Shown piece by piece: positions 15,367 to 23,312 of a stretch of 39,691 bases of DNA. A program made the position numbers and the translations under genes. Positions within the stretch are counted from its first letter, which is position 1, and the number at the start of each line of letters is the position of its first letter. A model generated the notes under the pieces. It was not told the DNA's origin, searched no databases, and saw nothing but the letters and a program-made list of their open reading frames with translations. Source of the DNA: a virus; IMG/VR virus record IMGVR_UViG_3300017424_000003, positions 1 through 39,691 of that record; one strand, 5' to 3'.

Positions 15367-18057
15367 CTACCGTCGATTCTGTTTCTTATCTTCCGCTGCG
15401 GCTCTTGTGGGTAGCGCCTGCTGAAGCGCCCGCTGCACGGGAAGGATGTCGTTAGCTATGGCTGGCTCCCGAGCTGCGATAGCCGACAGACGCCGTGCTG
15501 CATTCGCCAAGCCTTCAGGCCCGGATGCAGGCCGAGCAAGCCAGCGAGCGAAGCGCGGTGATGCCAGCAACTGACCAGTCAACATCTGCCCAACAGCGCC
15601 CGCTGCCGCCGATACTGGCGATACAGCCCCGATGCCAAGCAATGCGCCGACGTTGGTAGCGACAGCGCCACCAGTGTTGGAACGGTTCGCGTAGCCCGCC
15701 GCCGCCTTCGTGCCTTCAGTAATACGCGCTAGATCATTCAATGCATCACGCGCCTCGCCACGAAACAGCACATCTTTGGCGCGCGGTGTCATCTGGTTCC
15801 ACTGCGTCAGGAACGCAGCGGGCGAGAATGCCGTACCTTCCGCGTTTTGAGCGCCGTTGGTGGCACGCCCAAGCTGGCTGATGACGGTAGCACGGACGCT
15901 CGCCTGATCTTCAGCAGGTAGCGTATCCATGAACCGGCGTAGCCTAGCGGAATCGCTACGGCTGGCATTCTGTAGGTTCTGATAGACGCGCTCTGGGGCA
16001 TACGCCTTCTCGTTACGTCCACCGATGATCGGCTTGATAACTTCGTCGATCGTTTCGACGCGCTCACGGTGTGCGCGATCCGCTGCCAAGAACCTAGCGC
16101 GTGCGTCTGCTGGCAATCCGTTGGCAATGTCTTCCGAAATGGAATCCAGCACCTGTCCTGCGCGACGCTGAAAGTCCGTGCCGCGAAGTTCGTCAGTCTG
16201 TGCCAGTCCGCGCACGTTGGTGCGAAGACGGCGCAGGCCATCTACCGACAAGCCACCGGGGGCAGTAAGATCCCCGCCCAAGCGCTCCAGCGCGTTAGTG
16301 ACAGGCGCGCTAGTACCCGGCGTTTCTGCCAACTCGCGAAGGTTATTGTCCAGCGTGTCGATTGCCCGCTGTGCCGTAGGGCGAACATCACCAGCCGCAC
16401 TACGCGCCTCGTTATACATTCCTCCAACACGCTCGCGCGATTGACGGATATACGTCGCGGCACCACGCTGCGCGGTTTCGCCCGCCGCGACCGGCTGCTC
16501 TACGGCACCGACACCAGCAGCGACACGATCGCGGGCGGCACCAATCTGGTCAGACACGCGCTGTCCGCCCCGAATAACCGGACCGGACGACAACGGAGCC
16601 TGCGCCGCGCCTGACGTGAAACGCCGCGTCAATGGACCGCCCACGTCGGCTGGCAATGGCTCTACGCCCTGCCGCCCTGCCGCCTCCATAAGCTGCTGAC
16701 CCGGCCCAGGGGGCACCGGACCACCGCCACCACGCCCAGCCAGATACTGAGCCGCACGTCCGCCCGCATAACCCAGCGCGCCACCCGCTAGCGCGTTACC
16801 GCCTGCTGCAATAAGGCGAGAAGAGGTATCGCCGTAGCTGTCATTATAGCCGTAGGCGGCACCGATGCCCGCACCGTTGCGAGCCAAGTTGGCCGCACTG
16901 GTGCCTCCAACGATGGGGACTGCAAGCCCACCGAGAACCTGTCCCCCAAGCCGAGCAACACCGTTGTTCTGTTGGTCATAAAGATCGTATCCCCTGCGTC
17001 GGTTTAGATTTTCGTTATAGGTGCCATCACCGCCTACCGTGTCGACGACTGCGCCAATGCGGTTGACGAGGCCAAGCGAGCCAGCGTTGGCGACACCGCG
17101 CGCAAACGCGCCTGCCGTACCGTCACCGGGATCGACCGGCTTGGCTTCGATGCCCGAATAATCAACGCCGTAGCCCGTGCCCCCGCCTGCGTAATATTCC
17201 GACAGCTTTGCGGCATTCTCCTGTGATAGCTCGCCCGCACCATAAAGCGCGTAACGCTGGCGGATGGCATCAGGCGACGGCTTCGTAAGCAGAAACGCTT
17301 TGTAGTCCGCATCCTGCTGCGGGTTGAGGCGATTGACGCCAGACTGCGTGGGGGCAAGCTGGTCGTTAAAAGCAAGAGTTCCGCGATCTTCAGGTGCGGC
17401 ACTACGCAGAGCATTAACCTGATCCGCACCACGCCCAGCGCCGATACCAAAGCTTTCGATAATGCGCTGTCGTGCGCGACGCTTTTGCTCGATAACCTCT
17501 GGCCCTTCGTTGGGCTGCGGGAAGAACGTCTTTTCCTGCTTGTCAAATTCCTGCGGCGAGATGGCAGCGCCCGATTCATAGCGCAAACTAGCGGCGATGA
17601 AGTCGCGCTTAGCCTGCTCAGCCTTCTGGCGCTCAGGACTAGTGAAAGCGTTGGTAACACCTTCCGGTAGAATGTCTGCCGCAGCCTGACCTAATAGCCC
17701 ACGCGGCTCCGTAGCCACTCCGCTGGCTTCGAAGTCACGGTTGGCACCCAGCGCACGGTTATAGAAAGCGGTTGTCTTGCCTTCATTTTCGGTCAGACGG
17801 GTTTCGTTGGTCAGCTTACGTGCATCCAGAGCAGCCTGTCGCTCTGCCGCTGCTGCCGCACGGTTAGCAGCAGCATCCGCGCGCTGTGCCGACTGATCAG
17901 CTCGCTGGTCGGAATTAACAGAAAGCTGGAAACGCGCCTGCTCCATCGGATCGATAGGCTTCGGACCGCCATAGATACGCGCGGGCGGCTGGCCCTGCTG
18001 CGACTGCTGCGACTGCTGCGCCGGGATAAGGTCTGCGAAAGGATTGTCTTGCGCCAT
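15367..18057 (-). CDS. Large internal virion / DNA-ejection protein
   Basis: 896 aa, Ala/Gly/Gln-rich. Occupies the position of P22 gp20/gp16. Confidence 0.8.
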   Translation of the reverse strand: MAQDNPFADLIPAQQSQQSQQGQPPARIYGGPKPIDPMEQARFQLSVNSDQRADQSAQRADAAANRAAAAAERQAALDARKLTNETRLTENEGKTTAFYNRALGANRDFEASGVATEPRGLLGQAAADILPEGVTNAFTSPERQKAEQAKRDFIAASLRYESGAAISPQEFDKQEKTFFPQPNEGPEVIEQKRRARQRIIESFGIGAGRGADQVNALRSAAPEDRGTLAFNDQLAPTQSGVNRLNPQQDADYKAFLLTKPSPDAIRQRYALYGAGELSQENAAKLSEYYAGGGTGYGVDYSGIEAKPVDPGDGTAGAFARGVANAGSLGLVNRIGAVVDTVGGDGTYNENLNRRRGYDLYDQQNNGVARLGGQVLGGLAVPIVGGTSAANLARNGAGIGAAYGYNDSYGDTSSRLIAAGGNALAGGALGYAGGRAAQYLAGRGGGGPVPPGPGQQLMEAAGRQGVEPLPADVGGPLTRRFTSGAAQAPLSSGPVIRGGQRVSDQIGAARDRVAAGVGAVEQPVAAGETAQRGAATYIRQSRERVGGMYNEARSAAGDVRPTAQRAIDTLDNNLRELAETPGTSAPVTNALERLGGDLTAPGGLSVDGLRRLRTNVRGLAQTDELRGTDFQRRAGQVLDSISEDIANGLPADARARFLAADRAHRERVETIDEVIKPIIGGRNEKAYAPERVYQNLQNASRSDSARLRRFMDTLPAEDQASVRATVISQLGRATNGAQNAEGTAFSPAAFLTQWNQMTPRAKDVLFRGEARDALNDLARITEGTKAAAGYANRSNTGGAVATNVGALLGIGAVSPVSAAAGAVGQMLTGQLLASPRFARWLARPASGPEGLANAARRLSAIAAREPAIANDILPVQRALQQALPTRAAAEDKKQNRR
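17995..18021. repeat. 3 x 9-bp tandem repeat (CTGCTGCGA)
   Basis: ctgctgcga ctgctgcga ctgctgcgc, encoding QQSQQSQQ at the N-terminus of the 896-aa protein. Confidence 0.8.
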
Positions 18058-18338
18058 TATTTACTGCCCCTGCGCCCGAAATACGGGACTTTTCCGTAAC
18101 CCGGCAATGTAACGTGTACGTGATCGCCCTCATCTAGATACCGCGCTTTGTTACCAAAGTAACCACGCAATGCGCCTACCGATGTATTAGCGTAATCGAC
18201 GCCATCGCCTGTTAAGTGGTGCGATGTAGCCACGCCGCCGACTGCGCGATTGCCCGCAACTGTGCGACGACCGCTAGTCATCGTGCCTGGAGCGCCGTTG
18301 ATATCAGGGAAACGTCGCGCCCCCTTGCGAGGGCGCAC
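18057..18338 (-). CDS. Peptidase M15 (zinc D-Ala-D-Ala carboxypeptidase-like) domain, start unresolved
   Basis: [28 protein letters not shown]...DHVHV carries the SxHxxGxAxD / DHxH motifs. Possible starts are GTG 18338 (SD abuts it), ATG 18281, or a +1 shift from the upstream ORF. Confidence 0.65.
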   Translation of the reverse strand: MRPRKGARRFPDINGAPGTMTSGRRTVAGNRAVGGVATSHHLTGDGVDYANTSVGALRGYFGNKARYLDEGDHVHVTLPGYGKVPYFGRRGSK

Positions 18339-19020
18339 CTCCCTGCATCTGACGAAGGCGAGCGTAAACAGCGCTCGGATCTGCACCGGCTGCGATTGCC
18401 TGTGCTGCCATCGCCTCCAGGTTGGCGCTGCCACCGGCTTGTGGGCGAGGCTGGGCTTGCGGCTGCTGCTGTGGCTCACCAGCACCACCCAACGGCACAC
18501 CCTGCGCGTTGAAACCCTGAAGGTAACCACCAGCCGGAATAACCTTGTAATCGACCTGCTGCTGCTTCAGATATTCGCTGGCTTTGCCCGCCTGCGCGAT
18601 GATCGCGGCGCGAGACTCAGGCGAGAACTGCCCGATGAACTTTGCTGCTTCAGGGTGCCCCTGCTGCACATACTGCTGGGCATAGGCGTCCCACTTTTCT
18701 GGCGTGTCGGCCAATAGCGCGATCTGGCCCAAGTCCTCGATCTGCTGGAGGGCCTCCTTGTGTCCGACCTCGCCAGCTTTGGTGGCAAAGCCCGCATAAT
18801 CGAAGTCCCCACCAGCCGCAGCGGTTTGAGCTGCGCCCTGATAGTTACCCTGGCCAAGCTGCTGCGATGCCTGCTGACGCGCAGCTAGAACCTGCTGCAT
18901 CTCCTGCTGCTTCAACGCCATCTGCTGACGCTGCATACCCTGCTGCTGCGCCTGCCCGAACGTCTGCAACGCCTCCAGTGCGTTGAAGCCCGGTCCCTGA
19001 AGCCCCCATTGAACAGCCAT
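18304..19020 (-). CDS. Gln-rich internal virion / ejection protein
   Basis: 238 aa. TAATG-coupled to the upstream gene. Confidence 0.75.
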   Translation of the reverse strand: MAVQWGLQGPGFNALEALQTFGQAQQQGMQRQQMALKQQEMQQVLAARQQASQQLGQGNYQGAAQTAAAGGDFDYAGFATKAGEVGHKEALQQIEDLGQIALLADTPEKWDAYAQQYVQQGHPEAAKFIGQFSPESRAAIIAQAGKASEYLKQQQVDYKVIPAGGYLQGFNAQGVPLGGAGEPQQQPQAQPRPQAGGSANLEAMAAQAIAAGADPSAVYARLRQMQGGAPSQGGATFP

Positions 19021-19730
19021 TAGAAGCCCCTAAAATTAAGCATGCCGTTCGGTAGCGTGCTGCCGATAGCTGGACCCTGCGCCTGCTGGCCATAGCTTGA
19101 TGCCAGCCCCCCACCAGCATAAGCGCTGCCGATGTTGGCAAGGTTCTGCAATGCGCCCGACCATGCAGCACCACCAGCGAGCGCGCCATTAGACGCTGCA
19201 TCCGCTGCGTTCTGACTCGACTGGTTGATGTTGTTGACCGTGTTGGTAGCGGCACCGGCAACCTGCCCGATAGCCTGCTGACCCTGGCTAGAGAGGTTCT
19301 GAAGGCCATTCAGCCACGAACCCGACGACTGATCCGCCAGTGCCTGCCCCTTGGCCTGTAGCGCCTTTAGAGTGGCACCAGACGCCCCCAGGCCGCGTGC
19401 ATAGGCGTTGGAGTTAACCGCGCCCTGCCCGGTGTTGAGCAAGTCCTGATACCCGGTCGAGCCGCGATAGGTGGCAAGTGCCGCCTGCGCCCCGCTATCG
19501 CCCTGCGTTCCCAGAAAACCGCCGATAAGATTGCCAGCCGCATTACCGCGATCGATCGTCGGCTGGTTGAGTCCGGTGATATACTGCTGGTTCTGCTGTA
19601 GGCGCTGCTGCTCGGACTGCGCCTGCTGTTGCTGCCTCTTGGATGCCTTGCTAGCAGCACTGGACTGGATGGCCCCACCGATAAGCGACCCGCCTGCTGC
19701 GACGCCTGCTGCAATGACTACTGGTGGCAT
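19020..19730 (-). CDS. Internal virion / ejection protein with N-terminal TM segment
   Basis: 236 aa. MPPVVIAAGVAAGGSLIGGAI, followed by a Gln/Asn/Gly-rich region. Confidence 0.75.
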   Translation of the reverse strand: MPPVVIAAGVAAGGSLIGGAIQSSAASKASKRQQQQAQSEQQRLQQNQQYITGLNQPTIDRGNAAGNLIGGFLGTQGDSGAQAALATYRGSTGYQDLLNTGQGAVNSNAYARGLGASGATLKALQAKGQALADQSSGSWLNGLQNLSSQGQQAIGQVAGAATNTVNNINQSSQNAADAASNGALAGGAAWSGALQNLANIGSAYAGGGLASSYGQQAQGPAIGSTLPNGMLNFRGF

Positions 19731-20159
19731 CTAGAGACCTTCCGTTACGAAATACTGCACATCACCGGCAATCATATCCTTGCCAAAGCCAACAGACTTC
19801 AACCCCATGCGTCTGATATAACAAATCGCAGCGCGGTTGTACACTGACGGTTGCCCCCAGACGGTATGCGCGCCCTCTTTGCGAACATAAGCCAGCATAT
19901 CGCGTCCGGTCTGCATTGCATGGGCGCCACGTGCATCTTTGCGGACCATCAGATGGCACTCATAGATACCCGGCCCACGCCATACGAACATCGCTACAAA
20001 CCCGCCGTCTATCAGGACGATGTTGCGCGGATCTTCGCACCAAGGCGTGAAATCCAGATGGTCGGGCGGATACATTGCGCCAAGGAACATCAGCGCACGC
20101 ACGGACGGATCATTGCCAATCTCGTTTACGCGCTCTGCATCGGTTACGCGCTCGATCAT
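19731..20159 (-). CDS. GNAT-fold acetyltransferase-like protein
   Basis: HLMVRKDARGAHAMQTGRDMLAYV fits GNAT motif A (R/Q-x-x-G-x-G/A), and NRAAICYIRRMGLKSVG is also typical. ATGA-coupled to the needle gene, and TAG-ATG adjacent to the next gene. Confidence 0.65.
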   Translation of the reverse strand: MIERVTDAERVNEIGNDPSVRALMFLGAMYPPDHLDFTPWCEDPRNIVLIDGGFVAMFVWRGPGIYECHLMVRKDARGAHAMQTGRDMLAYVRKEGAHTVWGQPSVYNRAAICYIRRMGLKSVGFGKDMIAGDVQYFVTEGL

Positions 20160-20815
20160 ACTAGCGGCAACTGTTCATCACGCGGGCGCACGAACCCAGG
20201 ACGTTGCGGACCTTCGCCACCCTCAACCGTGCCAGTTGTCGGGATCACGACAGCGCCAACAACGTGCGTCGAATTGGTCTGCGCTGGGGGCGTGGTCGTA
20301 ACTGCGTAGGTGACGTTGCCACCCTCGCGCGGTGCGTCGTTGTATGTCACGTAATCCGTGTCCCCTTCTCCGGTCGCGGTCACCGTTCCGCCCGCTACCG
20401 ATACGCTTGTAGAAGGTCCACCAGTAGCAGACGGATAGATGCGCGTGTGCGGCGCAATGGTGATCGTCGTGGGGCTCGCGCTTAGAACAGACGTTGGATC
20501 GATGTAGCTGGCCTGTAGGGACGCCTCACGGGCGTTTGCAGCAGCTTGAGCCGCCGCCGCCGCCGCTGCTGCCGAGCTGTCCCCCGCCGCTGCATTCGCC
20601 GCGTCTGCCGCTGCCTGTGCGGCCTGCGTGGCTGCGTCCAGATTGGCAAGCGCCTCCTGGATAAATGGCAACTGCTGGATCTGCACGACGGCATCGCCCA
20701 GCGACTTCAGGATGTCGTTAAGCGTGCGCAGGAAGTACGTGGTCGGCTTGCGATCGGTTTCCACGATCGGTTGCGCCTGCGTTAGCGTTGGGATGCGTAA
20801 GGGTTTTAACGCCAT
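20156..20815 (-). CDS. Tail needle / plug-like protein (P22 gp26 position)
   Basis: 219 aa. An Ala-rich coiled-coil segment is followed by a beta-rich C-terminus. Lies directly after the gp10-like gene. Confidence 0.6.
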   Translation of the reverse strand: MALKPLRIPTLTQAQPIVETDRKPTTYFLRTLNDILKSLGDAVVQIQQLPFIQEALANLDAATQAAQAAADAANAAAGDSSAAAAAAAAQAAANAREASLQASYIDPTSVLSASPTTITIAPHTRIYPSATGGPSTSVSVAGGTVTATGEGDTDYVTYNDAPREGGNVTYAVTTTPPAQTNSTHVVGAVVIPTTGTVEGGEGPQRPGFVRPRDEQLPLV

Positions 20816-22134
20816 GCTTGATTCGCAGCAGCACCAGCCAACCGAATGCGCTCCGGTCCGACATGGCTAATCTCAACCGTGCGATAGGGCTGCTCAGGCC
20901 GTCCCAAACGATAGAGCGAGCAAACATCGAACGGCGCACGCACGTCTAGCACGTCGTAATAGTCGGGGTAATCATCCTGACCATCCTTCCACCGAATGCG
21001 GATAGTGGTGTCGCCAGATGCGCCCATGCCCACAGAGATATTATCGTTGCGCTGAGGCTTCCCAAACAGCGCGATCGTGCCGGTAATAACCTTCTCGATC
21101 ATGCGTCCGTCATCCGTGCCGTTAGCTGGATCCAGGCGCCACACAGCGCCATCAACAGACGATCCACAGAATACCGAACCTTGACGGTCATATCCGACAC
21201 GGGCGTCCCATTCGGTACGTCCTGACGTAGCGAACTCGGACCACGCCTGCGTTGATGCGTCGTAAGCAAAAGAACCCTGTCCCGGTATGTTCAGGACGTA
21301 GAACTTGTGGCCGTCTAGACCGAACACCCAGGCGGATAGATCACCCCCCTTCTTACGAATGCGCTCAGCGATGCCGTTATCGCTGACGACTTGGGGAACT
21401 GCGCCACCACGACACACCTCGCCATCATTTGACACCCACATGACCGAATTGTCAAATCGCTTTACCGTGTCCCTCGCTAAACAGCCGCGTTCATAGATGC
21501 GGCCCGTGACGCGCTGGAACGGGGCGTCGACGTCCCCCGTCGACTGCCACGGCTCGATCGTGTCTTCAGAGAAAATCCAGAACTCATCGCCTACACGGCG
21601 GATGGCCACAGCCTTATCCGGCGAAAACTCAGCCGTTGCGAAGTCGAGCGGGTCAACCGTCGTCGCGCCGGGAACCATCCAGTAAAACTTGCCCGAACGC
21701 GTCAGAATCAGCAGGTATTGGTTGATCTGCTCGATATCCACCACCGTGCCCGCATCGTCGGGCAAAGCTAGAGTGGCGATTGTCGTCCCATAAAGGTACA
21801 ACGCCGACCCGCCTAAGATCGCATAAACGAACGTCGTCCCGACCATCGGCGTAATACCTGTGCCAGCGATTGCACCTTTGGCTATACCAGCGGCGTACAA
21901 CTGCCCGCCAGACACCGCCAGATCCTCGTCAGTCGACACCCGGTAGTCCATGCCCCGGATAGGGCCTGAGCCTAATGTGCGGGTGCGCGTGAGACCAGGG
22001 CGCTGGATACGTAGCGTTCCATCGGGCGAGATGCCGGACTCGTCCTTCTCCACATATAAATTGCGCAGGATTGTCTCGGGAACGAAACCGTCCGTGCGCT
22101 GGTAGGATTTCAGGCCGAGTGGGACGATTGGCAT
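20806..22134 (-). CDS. P22 gp10-like tail / packaged-DNA stabilisation protein
   Basis: ORF 20806..22275 trimmed to MPIVPLGLKSY... (ATG 22134). Size, N-terminus and the ...SFAYDASTQAWSEF... region resemble P22 gp10. Confidence 0.8.
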   Translation of the reverse strand: MPIVPLGLKSYQRTDGFVPETILRNLYVEKDESGISPDGTLRIQRPGLTRTRTLGSGPIRGMDYRVSTDEDLAVSGGQLYAAGIAKGAIAGTGITPMVGTTFVYAILGGSALYLYGTTIATLALPDDAGTVVDIEQINQYLLILTRSGKFYWMVPGATTVDPLDFATAEFSPDKAVAIRRVGDEFWIFSEDTIEPWQSTGDVDAPFQRVTGRIYERGCLARDTVKRFDNSVMWVSNDGEVCRGGAVPQVVSDNGIAERIRKKGGDLSAWVFGLDGHKFYVLNIPGQGSFAYDASTQAWSEFATSGRTEWDARVGYDRQGSVFCGSSVDGAVWRLDPANGTDDGRMIEKVITGTIALFGKPQRNDNISVGMGASGDTTIRIRWKDGQDDYPDYYDVLDVRAPFDVCSLYRLGRPEQPYRTVEISHVGPERIRLAGAAANQAWR

Positions 22135-22138
22135 GGAT

Positions 22139-23302
22139 TCAATTCCAAAGGTTCTTGACCGTGCGCCAGAATTCGGTCGCCTTAGTCGCGCTCCAACTGT
22201 CCTTAGCGTATTCCTGCTTGAAGTTATAGGTGTCTGCCCATGCGGAACCGCCACCCCATGCAAGCACGCCTGCAACCGTGTCCGGGTATTCCTTCACCAG
22301 CGCAGTGAATTCCTCCAGCCATGCCTTGCCGTTAAACTCTGGCACGCCGGAGCCATTCGACAGCCAGCCACGCGCACCACCACCTAGGCCAATCTCGGTA
22401 ATCCAGATGCGCAGGCCGCGACGCTTGAACTCGTCAAACATTTCCCTGAAGTTTGCAGCGACAGCCGAACCCTTGATCTGGGGTGCGTTCTTGCCCGTCG
22501 ATGGCTGGTCGTTGCCAGTCGTGGTCGGGTAATGGTGCGCAGAGAACTCCAGCTTTCCCAGAGGATCTATCTCGCCAACAGCGTCCAGTTCGGTCAAGGC
22601 GCGCTTGTATCCACCCACAGCGTTCCAGCCGCCCCAGCCTAGAATGATTGGGTATGTGATGCCCGCCGCACGGATGCCCTGGATAAGTGCCTTGCTGTCT
22701 TCTGCGTAGGTAGGCGACCATCCGCCGCTGCTGGTTTCATTCTGAAGTTCCAGCGTGATAAGGTCGTTCGGGCCGTAGGTATCCATCAGCTTCTTGCTGA
22801 GTGCGGTCCAGAACGGCAGCAGTTCCGGATTGCCCATCGCGGAATAGGTATGATCGTCAATCACAACCGCCACGTCTTCAGCCAGCGCAAAGTCGATGAT
22901 CGTCTTGAGCGCCAGCCACTGCTTAGTAGGGTAGCCGTTGAGCGAAATAGCATCCTGGATCACACCGTCACGCCACAGCAGGCTCCGCTTGATCGGGATG
23001 CGGATAGCCCGCGCACCGCCGTCAAACACGTAAGGCGCGATGAAACGCGGCACGTCCTCGTAGTATCCGTTGCGGCTGTTGCTCAGCGAAGTGCCGTTAC
23101 GCTGCTTTGGCTTAACAGGCGGCACAGGAGTTTCCGCACCCGGCAGACGCTCGCGCCAGTCATTGGTATAGGCATGGCCGCTGGGCGTCAGGCCCAGGTA
23201 GAAAAGGAACTTTCCGCCAAACTTCTCGCGGTTAACGGGAGTGGTGACCGAGATCACATCGTCGCCATCATCGCGGAAGGCTTTTGCTAAGTAGAAGATC
23301 AT
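22139..23302 (-). CDS. Virion-associated glycoside hydrolase family 5-like glycanase
   Basis: Trimmed to MIFYLAK (ATG 23302, AAGGA SD). GH5 landmarks are VVIDDH, LELQNE (acid/base), SAHHY and WITEIG (nucleophile). Confidence 0.75.
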   Translation of the reverse strand: MIFYLAKAFRDDGDDVISVTTPVNREKFGGKFLFYLGLTPSGHAYTNDWRERLPGAETPVPPVKPKQRNGTSLSNSRNGYYEDVPRFIAPYVFDGGARAIRIPIKRSLLWRDGVIQDAISLNGYPTKQWLALKTIIDFALAEDVAVVIDDHTYSAMGNPELLPFWTALSKKLMDTYGPNDLITLELQNETSSGGWSPTYAEDSKALIQGIRAAGITYPIILGWGGWNAVGGYKRALTELDAVGEIDPLGKLEFSAHHYPTTTGNDQPSTGKNAPQIKGSAVAANFREMFDEFKRRGLRIWITEIGLGGGARGWLSNGSGVPEFNGKAWLEEFTALVKEYPDTVAGVLAWGGGSAWADTYNFKQEYAKDSWSATKATEFWRTVKNLWN

Positions 23303-23312
23303 CGGATCATCC

